DNA of 62,722 nucleotides from Catajapyx aquilonaris (Eukaryota): NCBI GenBank assembly GCA_000934665.2, contig JYFJ02002138.1, positions 1 to 62,722 of the forward strand, read 5' to 3'. Shown piece by piece: positions 41,179 to 53,576 of this stretch (position 1 is its first letter; each line of letters starts with the position of its first letter). The notes under the pieces were generated by a model. It saw only the letters and a program-made list of their open reading frames with translations, ran no database searches and was not told where the DNA came from. The position numbers and the translations under genes were made by a program.

Positions 41179-44100
41179 TCTATTGTGCTGTGTTCATAAT
41201 ATATTTATGTCACTTAAGTGTATTGTAATATTTATATTGCCAGTAGAGACGCTGCTGTATGCTGCTTGAAAAATGATTGAAAAAACCAGTACCGGTATAG
41301 TAGCCTGTACCCTTGGCCACGCTTATTTTGGTCTGTCTCTAAACAACAGTGAGTAATATCTCCACCACCTTACATAATATGCCAGCCCAAATTACACATA
41401 ACCGTTGCTGGCAGCCTGACTCTAACACTGTGTGTACCATACAACTCAAGCAAAATGAGTCCAGCCTCTCTCAGGGCGTGCGATCGAAAACAAACCTAAT
41501 GGACGCAGGTCTTAATATCCGGCCAGTCGCCTCAAATTGAACAACCCCCCTTAACTGTATAGACATATACACATCCCCGAGACAAAATCGAAGGCAGCGT
41601 TTTGCGGAGAATAAAGCCGAGGTGCGGGCCCCACAATCTCCGAGTCGGACGTTTTCTGGACAGGCTCCAGCATTTCCGGCAAGTTTGAGCGATTCTTAAG
41701 GCCCAGTGTGGGGCTCCGGAATGGAAGACCTGGCATTTACGCCGAGTTTGATTCTGACAAATTACTGGCCCAAAAAGGTGCATAACTTCCACGCAAAAAA
41801 AACAGGGAGAGCTCTGCAGTGTTTACCATCATCCAACTTTCGAGTTAATTACCGGTAATTAATAGCAGCCTATTAGCCAATTTGTTACATAAAGAGTCAC
41901 ACTTTACAACATTAATCAGGGCTGAAATGCTATGATAATATTATAAACCCCATAGAGGTGATCCTCTCCAGGAAAATGCCAATGCGTGTCGCCCGTCACA
42001 TGGTGAAAACACATGCAAACTGCATCGTGTCCCTTATCGAAACCCAGCCTATCTGGCAGTATATCTCCCAGTACATCTGGCAACGTGACGAAGCATTTCC
42101 ATGCAAACAGTCAGCCATGTCCCCAAATGGGTTCGAATGTAAACTTGACTGAGTCATAAGATCCTTGCTACTCGAGTGCTGTTTCTGACGCGATTTAAGC
42201 CGCACTGCTTGAGGGGGTCGCTGGTGACAAATAGTAAAGAGCAAAGGCTTGAATGTAGAAACACGTCAGTAGAGTTCTCCGACACTGTAATGGTTGTGCT
42301 ACTTGTCCCACTCCAACTGACAAACGGAATTACAAGTTGATTCATAACTAGAATTCTTATACAGGGTAGGGCATTGGAGGGGGACCGCTGTTGCAACTTT
42401 TATCTACTCCAATCGATAAGTAATGCAGCGGTCGCTTTTGCAGAACATTACTAGGGCCTGTCGACTGCACCGTGTAGTATGCAGGGAATTATTGAACATG
42501 TTCGGAAAATACCTAGCGTTGATCGACAGTGTTTCCGGTCTACTTTTTTTTCCTCCACCCCCTACCTCCCCTACCCATCTGGCTTACACTCCAGTCGGCA
42601 TCGCGTGTTTGAAGCTCATAGCTGGGCGCAAATTTTGGGGGGAGAAAAAAAACAATACACAACAATAATGCAATATGGTACGTGACGCGTTTTCAATTGC
42701 TGGGATCCAATCACAGTGAAAACGTGTCAAAAGTGTCAAATTTTGTGTCAAAATGCTGATTTGCTGCCATTTCGTTTTATTAATAAATAAATGAATGAAC
42801 GGATTAATAAATATCCCAAAACCGCAGGGGCTGTATCAATGGAGCAAACTCAATACCTTTCCCTGGAGTAATAGAGACCACATCCTTTACAAGACTACTT
42901 TCTCTGACAACCGTCCTAAATAAGTGAACAGAACTGGATTCGTGTATATTTCAATGCTCTATTACAAATGGGCAATAGTTTACTTTAATTTGCCATATCC
43001 AAAGGGCATTCCAGCAAATCGATATTGTAGTTATTGTAATAAGGTCTCAAAAGACGTCAAGCGCAGGCAATAGCTGCAGAATTACACCGTATATTACAAA
43101 ACAACACTACAAAAATGAGGGCCTTGAAGTGGTTTTTTTCAAAAAACTAATTGCCTCTGTAATTAATATTGAATAATAGTCTGAAACACTGAAAGTACGC
43201 ATATCCAGCACAAAAACATGACCCAATTTTTTTGAGAACAGCGCCCTATTTGCGATAGGGGCTAATTTCTTTGTCATCATGCGACACTGCATCGCCCTAG
43301 CCAAACAATGGAGACGGTCCCTCCTAGCAACAATGAGCGAATATTCCCGCCACATGATCCCCAAATGACCCATACGTGTTGTACAGACAACACTCTCGTT
43401 TAAAAAAAAGTGCAGCCCATGGCATGATTTTTCGATCCTCCAGCCCTTGCTCTGCTCCCACATTGGAAAACAAAGTTTCCCATCATCATAGAGCCAGCCC
43501 TGCAGGGCAGTCCTTTGCAAACTTTGCCGACAAGTTGTTATTAATGTGTTTTCATTCCTGGTTATTGTGCTCCGTATTTTAGCGACCCCATCCAATGAAA
43601 AACCCTTCGCAGCGTTCAATCTGCGGGCGAATGATACCGTAATTACACCGACATCGTTCACGGGAGGAAGCTTCTCATGCGAACGTGTAAAGCCACTTTT
43701 CCCAACCAGCGCCCTGCATTTATACACACCCGGATAACGGAATAGTCCGGACAGATAATACACTTAATGCAAAAGAAGAGAGGGAAAAAAGGAGATTCGA
43801 AATTCCCTAGAGAAATTACGTTATAAAATCCTGCTCCTTCCCCCCTCTCCCCAAACTCCTCACTGGTTTCGATTCAAATACCCGATAAACGAAATCCCCA
43901 ATCAATTGCAGATTTTCAGAATGCCTCGTAGAAATGGCTCTCCCCCTTCCCCTTCCCTTCTCAGATCCATCCTTACTTCCCTCTCCTAGGATAGCTTTGT
44001 TTGTCGCCATTATGCTGGGCGATAATTCGAGTCGCTTCAAGACGAACATTCAAAAATTTCCATCTGCTTCTGGACCTTTCAACTCCAGACGACGTTCGTC

Positions 44101-47100
44101 GAGAATAACGAACCCCGGCACTTCTACAGAATTCTGCATCCACTTAGAAGGAAAAATTTCTCTCCCTTCTTGGCTCCTTCATTCTTAACGTTACTTTGAC
44201 CATTAGAGTCCACACGGTTGAGTTGGTGCATTGACTTGATCCGCGTTAAGGTTAGCCTTAGCACTTGCCTTTGACAAGAGACTAATCACTGCCACTCGAA
44301 CAATCGAACCTGAGAGACAGGCTCTGCTGAGCTGCTTATGTAAGAGCAAAAAATTACTTTTCTTCTCGCTTCCAGCCCTGCTGAAATGTCATTAGAGCCA
44401 GTTCCTCCGTGAATTTTTAATGACATATATCACTCCTCTGCCCCCTCCCCTTTTTACTCACATTGTTGTTCCTCGGAAGAAAACGTCTCCGAACTTCCCA
44501 TTTGCTTTTAATGAGCAAAAATGCCCTCTACGATGCTTAAAAAAAGTTTTAAAATACCCATGCCCTTTTATGAGCATGCCCTCCCCTAGTGGAAACGCTG
44601 ATAATTGCACAATTCGGTTTTAACGACGCAAGCCCCTCAGCATTTTCCTACCTACAGTAATTTGCATCTGATACAATGGGGCCTCTCTCACATTGTTCCA
44701 TCTTCGCCATTAGTGCTCTTTTCCTCGTGCGATGCATTCCCTGCAATTACAGTGCTGCTGGAGAAGGCACCCCATACTAAAGTCTTCTTATACGCACTGC
44801 GTGACGGGCCTGGACCATATAATGGTGGAAGCTGGTCCTATAGTGTTTTCAAAAGTCAGGAGTGCCATGAGTGCATAACTCAATCGAGTCGTTCAAAAAA
44901 ATACAATCATGACTTCATCCCGTTTGTAAAGCCGTTGTGTAATTTATGGACGGGCTCTCCTAATTGTGCCCTGATGTCATAGCCTGGTCCACCACCCCGA
45001 GTCCTGACCTTTTGTACCAAATAACTCGAAACTCGCCCCTCGTAAAACTACGGAACAACGGAGAAATTCAGATTTTGGCAACCAATTTCGTCGCGCTGCG
45101 AAAAGGGCCGCCATTTATTCCACGTCATAACAGGCCTATTAAAAGGAGCAGTCGGCCGAACTTGAAGTGCTTTTTGTATATCCCCCCCCCTCTCTCTCTA
45201 TTCTTCTCTTCTTCCCCCTTCCCATTCCAAACGTCTTGCCATTTACAGATTCCAGTTAGCCGACACGCTGGTACCCGAAGCAGCGAAAAGTTTACCCAAG
45301 TCCAAGTTCTTTCCCTCAAGAGCAGCGTAGCGAGTCCTCCGAGGGAAATCCGGAAAGGAGGATGGTGGCTTATACGACCTACACCCCACCCACCCACCCA
45401 TACCCACCCTCTACCCTAAATCACACCAGTTTGCTCTTCTCATTTTCCCTGCCTGCGACGACGGTAGACCGACCTAAGGAAGCCGCTTGCGTGATTATGC
45501 AAATAGCGGGGACGGAGGATTGGTGGGGGAAGGCTGAGGAGGGAGGACTTGCTGGGTAGGAATAGAGGGGGGGGGGGGGGGGGGGNGAACCTTCCACCGA
45601 ATTTCGGGGTTTCCTCAGGAGACTTGTACAGTGTACCGGACTCTTTTCGGTACTGCCCTACTTCTCATCAATGCAGATAAGAAACGTGTGGTGATGCACT
45701 TGAGTGCACTGATTATGGTGATGAAAATGTGGCGATTCAGCAAAGCGCGTCTATCCCGGCAAGCGCCATCTCTTGTCCGATGCCAAGACTGCACCATTTC
45801 GTTACCCGAATGTGCTCATATTCTAGGTTTTTTCTTTTTTTCTTTTAAGAAGTAGGATATCGTCAAACTAAAATTCCGTCAATTTACTAAATGCAATTTA
45901 TGGAGAGGTGCCAAAGTTGTTTCATATCAAATTTTATTTCAGCTTGATTTAACATTTCATTTACTGATATAAGGTATGACTTAATGTAAGTCACACTGTA
46001 GCATATATTTACCTAACTTACAGTATTTTGCTACAGAGGAGCCCCATCGTAATATTCTGAAGCAAATATTATTTCAACACATTTCCACTATGTGAGCTAT
46101 ATTTATAACATTGTTTCAACACACAACAATGCATTACAAATTATTCACATATTTAAAAACAGTAACTGGTTCATGTATGGTATGGACGTGCACCTTTACC
46201 ATGCTGGATATGCCAGTATTACTACTGTCAATCAGAATGGTTGTCCATACCGGCTACATTAGACACACACAACTACATTCCCTGAGTATTGACATGTGAC
46301 CATAGCGGCGGCAAACCCGAAAATGGGGGTTCACTGTACTCTCGCAAGATGATCAGGGAGTGTTCAATATTTATTTGGGCCAATGTTCGTATCAGGGGAC
46401 AGACAATTTCATGCGCCATGGAGATGCCATCAATCAAATTCCCAGAATTTAAAGTGCCTTTCCGCGACTGTCGCAAAAATAGCTTCGCCCAACCTCCGTG
46501 CCTCCAGATTATATTTTCCGCATTGCTAGCAGGCTTATAATCCTATATTGTACTTCCCCAACAAATGCCAGGAAAAAAGATCTCAGCCGAAGCCAGCCGT
46601 TCCTATAATATCCATTTCCGTCCCAGCAGTTCGCTTCCTTCTCTCTGCGTCTCAGTTTGCTCTATATCCACAAGTCCTACACAAAATACGGAATTCATGA
46701 ACTCTTTCCTCTGACAACTCGAAAGTATTTATGAGGCAAAAGTATTAACTAGGTTGCATTAAAAATCCTAGAGATCTGACAAGATGAAGTGGGTGGTAAA
46801 AGTCTGATAGGGGCAAACAAGTGGAGTCGGGCAAAGTAGGCTATACTCTTGGGTACACTGCACTGAGTGAGTCACAACATCCCTAAGGAGCAGTCAGTAG
46901 TAAAAAGCCTATATTTTTAGATACAGTCGTTGTACTCCAGTTGTACCGGTATATCTCGCGATATAATTATGAGCTTCTGGCATCCTCCTGACCTTGTCAT
47001 TTATTAGAAAATTTCAATTGGATTGTTATTCACATAGTATTTCCAGTACTGCTTTCCCCCATAACAATGGGTAATATATTTTTTAAACACTTCTTTGGCA

Positions 47101-48164
47101 GATAGCACCAATATCGACTCAATTTACGCTGCAAAAAATGTTACACAAAAATATTACAATTTAAAACACACCACCCGAACATTATTCTCACCATGAAACA
47201 TCACACATTTTCAAACAGCAAACATGACCCGCCATCCTCAATTCCCAATCCGCCCCAGTTAATTGTATTGGCAAAAGTGTTTTCTTATCGCAGGCCGGGA
47301 ACTTTCACTCGCGCCTCCTTGTTTGTACATTCTTTCTCCGTGTGAGCCCGACTTGAGGTCGAGAAGCAAGAAGCACCTGCTTCCATCCCTGAAGCCAAGG
47401 TAGAACCGGGACAACATACATTACGAAACCGGGCGGGCCCCGAAAAAATCTGGCCACAAGCACCTGTCTTAGCACACACAAAAAAATGAAGGTGGCAATA
47501 GACAGCTGGACACAAGGTCGTCAGCAGGTGGGGGTTGAAATGGTCATTTTTTTATAAAAATGGCTTTTAACAGCTGCATAGCGTGAGTTTGATAACGCGC
47601 CAAAAAATGGAATCATAGGGACAGCCGTAATTTGACCGCTGTATGATGTGGCAGCGTTTTACGGCCGCATCGTCTAGCCAATGACTCAGTTTTTTGGCTT
47701 CGGAGTTTCTGGCACACTTCGGCTTAACAAGGTCAAATACAACCGGCCATTCATACCTGTGCGAACCGGGCAGGTGAATGGCAAGGCACTGTCAGATGCA
47801 TCTTTTCCGCAATACTCTTCCGTTTATTTATTCATCTGCGGCCACCGCGGCGCAAACATGCCGAAGATATATCATCCTCTGGCCAACTGAAATTTAGACC
47901 TGACGTACAAAACGCAGAGGCCTTTCCAGCACGAAATCTATACATTCAAGAGGAGCAGACGAAACATGAGACCTGGTGATGCTAATTCCAACTTTTAACC
48001 AGGCGCACTAAAAGTGGCGGCAAAAATTATTGAAGGCCTGTATGCTAAAATGGAACCTCATTAAAGGCACGGGCAAATTGCATTTTTAACATTTTGGCCC
48101 TGGGGCTTGCCCGCATTAGGTAGCGCCTCAACGAACCGATTGCGTATCGTTTCGCTTCCCATAC

Positions 48165-48475
48165 CTAGATCACAACCACCTTTTTTTCTTTTTTTTTTGT
48201 AAAAATAAAAAAAAAGTGTGCCATTGTTATTTTTAGGCTGCTTGTAACCACTGGAATCCCGGCCGGATCTCGTTTGCAGATCTGAAACTTGTACCTCTGG
48301 ATGGCAAAGAGCCAGAAGTTCTGTCCGGTCCTGCCACACCCTGTGAGAGAAACGACCATCCTCCCCAAGACTGGTTTCCCACCGTTCACTAGTACAAAAA
48401 AAAACTGTACGTACCTCGCGAAATCTGCAGGAGGACCAACAGCGTAGTCACCAGCATCATCTTCGGCATCGCCAT
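48165..48475 (-). CDS. Candidate two-exon small secreted peptide precursor, 78 aa (exon 1 48475-48415, intron 48414-48341, exon 2 48340-48165)
   Basis: The ATG is in good context (aatATGG). Exon 1 encodes the hydrophobic signal-like MAMPKMMLVTTLLVLLQISR. A 74-nt phase-1 intron has G|GTACGT...TTTCTCTCACAG|. Exon 2 continues in frame as G-CGRTGQNFWLFAIQRYKFQIC-KR-DPAGIPVV... The C-terminal part runs through low-complexity T/A tracts. Confidence 0.4.
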
Positions 48476-48559
48476 ATTAGACCATGTGCCAGGCACAGTC
48501 CACTACCGACACTGTCCAACAAAAAAAATACAAACTAAAAAAAATAGGGGGCTAGTTCG

Positions 48560-49125
48560 TAGCTAAGTCCTTGTCACTCGTCGTCGGCTGGATACACTGG
48601 ATGAAGACCCGGTATGTCCTCCACCGTTCGGTGTTCCGGCGGGTTGAGTGCCGGGGCGCCAGCACATGGCCAAGTGAGCAGTCCCGATCTGAGTCGCCTT
48701 CCTTTGGCGCCTCGCGCCTGGGCAGCTGCAGCGCCACCCTGGCGGCCAACCGGGGCAACCCTCCAGAGGTGAAGCGTGCGCCGATTCTTCTCACGGGGGT
48801 ACATGCCCACTGGCGTCTTTCTTCTGCTGGTGGTACTCTTCGGAAGGGTTAGAGCAAAAATTTAGTTAGGGAGTCGAGTTGAGGTAATTTTAATCAATTA
48901 TTTCGGATGTGGGACGATGTGGGTTGGGGGTTGCCCTGGGGTAGGTTGTGGACCACTTCGCATGCTGCGGCCCGAGTAGATGATTGGCACCGTGGGGGAG
49001 TTTTGTCGCTTACAGCGGTTCGGGTGCAAAAACAAGTGCGAAACAAGTTGCCAGACAAGTTGCGTAGGCAAGTTGAGGGTGGCTTTTGAGTAGCAAGTTG
49101 CGGTTGGTGGCTCATTTTCCTGGTA
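48560..49125 (-). mobile_element. GC-rich patch ending in a putative DNA-transposon terminus with subterminal repeats
   Basis: CAAGTTG occurs at 49044, 49056, 49069 and 49094, with CAAGTG at 49033, next to CATTTTCCTGGTA (49113-49125). GC content rises abruptly over the flanks. No partner terminus was found. Confidence 0.35.
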
Positions 49126-49629
49126 TTGCTAATACTGTACGAGCTACTGTTGGTAGGAGGTACTTTCGTACTCTGCAGTATTCAGCAGTTGAAGTGTTTA
49201 ACTTAATTAATGGAGCACGACAGTAAATATGCGCCTGTGTATACTGCTGTACAGCATATTTCTGAATACTGTAGCCTCTGATTACGCGCTTTTACATTGA
49301 AGGGGCACTGGATGCGGAGAAGCTGGTCCAACACAGATTTTTTGTGTGTTTTGAACCGGCGAATAATTTTGTAATTTAGTCGCACTAAACGGGAACTTAT
49401 CCGGTACAGAAAATTTTGGCGAAATGGAGAGACTCCACTATAAACAGGTTTCACCTACTGAAATAATGCAGAACTGTTAGGAGTCACATTGAAACGATTT
49501 CGGTGCATTAAGGTATTCCTACTAATTAAATAATAATAATTGGTTACACCATGATATGCCGGCTCTTAGGGGATTCTCTCTTTAATTTCCGACTTCATTT
49601 TCTCACCTCGATGATGATGGATTTTGATT

Positions 49630-49770
49630 GTTGGGGCTTGGGGGGAAACCGGAGAGCGCAGTAAAAAAATCCTCGCGAATAAAAGAGAACCCATCGAAAC
49701 TCTTTCACTCGAGTATCGTCCGTCCGACCCGTGGATTGAACTAGGAGAGCTGTGGCGATTTCCACTACTG
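49630..49770 (-). mobile_element. Highly decayed tRNA-SINE with a V/Meta-type conserved central domain
   Basis: The minus strand has a B-box-like AGTTCAATCC followed by GAGTTTCGATGGGTTCTC...GAGGATTTTTTTACTGCGCTCTCCGGTTTCCCCCC. This resembles the GGTTTTCTCCGGGTACTCCGGTTTCC core of V/Meta SINE domains (from memory). Confidence 0.5.
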
Positions 49771-50264
49771 TATGAAGATTGCTCTTCTCCTTGTAAATGG
49801 GACTCCTTTTCCTCAAATATTCCTTTATTATCCTGTAACTGCTGAGCAGAAAAATGACGTCAAAAACTGCATTACAAAATGCATAGCTCAATTTCACCGA
49901 AAATGTGACTTAGATCGTTCTAAAAATTAGCCTTCTTATATACTAACTTATGAAATGTACAAACGGTTTCACAAAATTCTCGAAAACACCAGGGATTTTC
50001 ACACACAAGAATTAATCTTTTAACTCTGTTACACTTATGAGGGCAAAATGCTATAGGTCTTTGGCCCGTTTGTTAAAAAATCAGGTTAGTCATTACATTT
50101 TGGTCATCACATTATATCACCCTCTACCGCTGTTCAGTACAATGCCTATGACATGCCCAGAGTTTTTTGTCCACCTCCGATAATAGTGAATTCCCAGAAG
50201 GTACTGTCAGGTGTACAGTTACACTGCATTTTGTTGGAACCAGTAGCCCGCACTTGTTAGCAGC

Positions 50265-50726
50265 CTAGCGTTACATGCGTGGAAAAGTAACGACGTTATC
50301 TGAAATGTGGCTATATAGGAAGCAACTAGTTTACCCGTAACATGTTATGTCCAAACATCGAGTCTCCGATAAATATTTCACTTTCAATGCACTCTCACTC
50401 CGATTCGCGTGGTTCGTACCCGTTTAGTGTGCAGTGGAACTCTATCTTGATCGTCATGCAACATTATGGGACGGTTTATTATTTTTAAATGACCGGAGTT
50501 GGTTCACAAATCTAACCAAAGGTCAGCATGTGAGGCGAATGCGCAAGGACGCAAGCAGATGGATCCCGTAACCTACTTTTCCTTCGAGTGAAATATTTAA
50601 CTTAATACTAGGAAAATTGTCGCACCAATGACAAATTAATTCTCTATAATTATTTCTCTCTTGATCAAAACGAACTACTGTGAAGGAGATCAGATGTAAC
50701 AGTTGAATTCACATGCGTTACGCTAG
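50265..50726. mobile_element. Possible old MITE
   Basis: Degenerate inverted ends CTAGCGTTACATGCGTG...ATCTGA and TCAGATG...CACATGCGTTACGCTAG. Confidence 0.35.
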
Positions 50727-53242
50727 TGTTACTGTAATGCAAAACAAATGGCGGCACCCTATATTGTATAAAATTCCCTGAAACAGACTTACATGCTCGG
50801 GGCACACATTTCGGGAGTATAACTGCAGTAGTTGTATCCACCTGATAAAGTCATTTAAAGTTTAAAAGAACACGAGGCCAGCACTAGGCAACAAAATGTA
50901 GGGAGACATACACGGAGGAATGGGAAAGACGCCTATCGCTCAGTCTGCTTCGGAAATATTAATAAAATCCCATCCTCATGTGCCACTGTATCATATTTTT
51001 CCAAAATGTCTGAGAAAAGACGTCACATAACATTATTGCATCTACAGTATAATTATGTACAGCACATAGTTTATGTAAGTACAGTCCGCCGAAGTTCACA
51101 AGGTGTCACGGCCTATGTGGAGGAGGAAATGTAAATGTGTATAATAATTATTTTAAAAATGTGGTCATTGAATGTATGCTCATTTGCAACTTCACAGGTG
51201 CATACATGCAGCAATTCAAATTAATCTTGATCATTGATTTTACTCCCATAACTATAATCACGCAGCCAGGCGGTGGTCACATTGTGTCCACCCCGTCATT
51301 TTAATGGCATCAATATGCCGATATTATTGAACATTTAAGTGAAACAAACACTGAATGTGATGTCAAATGAAAGGCGTTAACGCACACACTATACTGTAGG
51401 TATTGGCATATAGTCCATTATAAAAACCTGTTCCTATATCCTATGCTTAAGGCCTGAAATGATACAGCGATGGTTCAGAGCACGCAGCTCACATTATATG
51501 TGTATGAGACCAAATTCCATCTTGTTGGAATCAGATTATGCAAAGCAGACCTCCCCAATAATAAGCCTTTGTTGCAGTTGATCACTTCGGTAATGCTTTT
51601 GAGAAGCACGTATTTTGCGGTAGCAAAGCTTTTGAATCATTAGTACCGCATATATATTCAACCTGCCACCTATTTCATCTACAAAAAAAAAATGCCAATT
51701 TTTTTTGGAACCCCCATCGTATCCCTCCCAGCCACATATTTCACGTGGGAGACATTTTCTGGAAGGATACCCACCGCACGAAGCGAAAAGGCAATGGTCT
51801 GTGACACTAATACTGCGATTATCTTATGATTTAAGTTTTGTCTCTCTTTTTTTCGCCAACTAAGTGCATGTGGTGGATACGAAATGGACCTGACGTACTG
51901 TACGTTGCCCTCTCTCTAGTCGAACGAACCAAGAAGCTTGGTACCGCAATGAAAATGGCGTTTGGGCGCGCCGGCGTCCAATATCTAACTCCCCGGATCG
52001 ATGCAACGGTGCAGTTTGGAACCTGGTCCGGATTTGGTCGGAAGTTGAGGATGGGGAAAGAGGGGAATAGGGGGAATGGGGGGGAAGTAACAGAGGTGGG
52101 GAGAAGGAATTCTGGAAGGAAATAGCTGCCTGTTCTAGCGGCAGATGGCAGGAAAGGTTCATTTTTACCTGCCCGGACACGCACGGGAGGACTTACCTCA
52201 TATTCACTTTTGGGCCGATTTTTATAAGTTCGGTTAGATGCTTGGATCTGAATTGGGGAGGATAATAATTATCTTGCCACATGAATTACGAATGCATAGG
52301 CCGGAACTTCCAATTACTGAATGCAAATGTACCAATCCCAACCGCGGAAGCTAATTTTCAATAATACCAGATATCTGATTACCAGAGGTATTATTACTAA
52401 AATAGCGAACAGCATCGTGTTTCGCTCCGGAACCCATTACTAATAAATACATTCAGCAGCGCGTAATCGCTATTTAATCTCATAAATTGAAATCCGCAGT
52501 TAGGGAATCCCAAAATGACTGAGGAGGGACTGATTTTCATCCGATGAATAAATACATGGGAAGTCATCGGCAATCAAAGAAGCGGATAGTGTGCCAAGGT
52601 AATGGGCACACGTTCCAATAATGATCGATTTAGAGGAGAACGCGCGATGTGTGGGAATGTTTAAAAAAAAAGTTTCCAAAGTCGCTGAACAATTCCGATG
52701 GATTTGCCTTGCTAATAATGAGGTGGGGCGGGAACGAGGCATAAATGCATCTAAAATTTCATCCGTCGTCCTGCTGATTTACAGGGGGACACACAAACCT
52801 ACACTAGAGCATGCACACACACCAGATGGGGAAAAATATATTGCTCTCTGAACTAGCGAGTTGGGAAGCAGGCTCAAAAGTCGTGGTTTCCCAACTATTC
52901 GTTTCATTACGGGAAAGGGGAACACTTGTGGCATATTTTGTGCTAGGGTATGCCATTTGTTTATGACACCCCAAGGTCAGTTAGAGACATTTTTTTCTAT
53001 AATTCGAAATTTTGACTTGAAACTTGCTGCTTAGGAGCAGAGGAAAAAGGATATAGTAACTTCTGATCTGAGTTACTTACAAATAGTCCATTGGCAACGT
53101 TATAAAAGACAGAAATGCACTGTAACATTACTGGGTCAATCGGTCAACTCGATAATACTCCAGACCCTAATTACTCAAATTGAGATGAAAATTTGGTATA
53201 TGACAGGATATTATGGAATGACAACACATGTCAATATATATA

Positions 53243-53576
53243 GGGAGACGGAGTGGCGCCGCGGTAACGCGCGCGCCCACGGAAGTTAAGGTCCCGGGTT
53301 CAATCCCCACCCGGGGTTCCCACCTTCTTTCGTGCAGAGTTGGGCCATCTCTGACTTCGTTTCGGGTGGCAATTTCCGATAGACTAAGCCACCCGGGGGA
53401 GTTCACAAAATGACCAATTAACGACAGCGCACATGCACTTTGCACATCCCCTCCTACCAACCCTGGAGTACACACTAATAAGATTTCATCTTAACACGCT
53501 CCGAAAATACCAATGGTGGTAATCCACCACCCCCTAAAGACCTAACAGGTCATTCACGGGGTAAATTTAAAAAAAA
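53243..53576 (+). mobile_element. tRNA-derived SINE (type B), full length, with TSD
   Basis: A box TGGCGCCGCGG and B box GGTTCAATCCC are present. The 3' motif is CCCCCTAAA-GACCT-AAC-AGGTC-ATTCACGGGGTA plus an A tail. A 14-bp TSD ACATGTCAATATAT lies at 53226-53239 and 53577-53590. Confidence 0.93.

Noticed and set aside
43107..43763. Longest ORF (218 aa, minus strand)
   Set aside because: It has a non-ATG start, no recognisable domain or motif, and no supporting splice structure. It is compatible with chance in 62 kb.
48729..48749. CTCF-like site (TGGCCGCCAGGGTGGCGCT, minus strand)
   Set aside because: It has one extra base in the core relative to the consensus and lies in a GC-rich patch where such matches are expected.
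53363..53395. HDV-like or twister ribozyme suggested by CTAA before a pairing strand in the SINE hairpins
   Set aside because: The enclosed loop is only about 14-17 nt, too short for the HDV nested pseudoknot. The conserved twister elements are absent.
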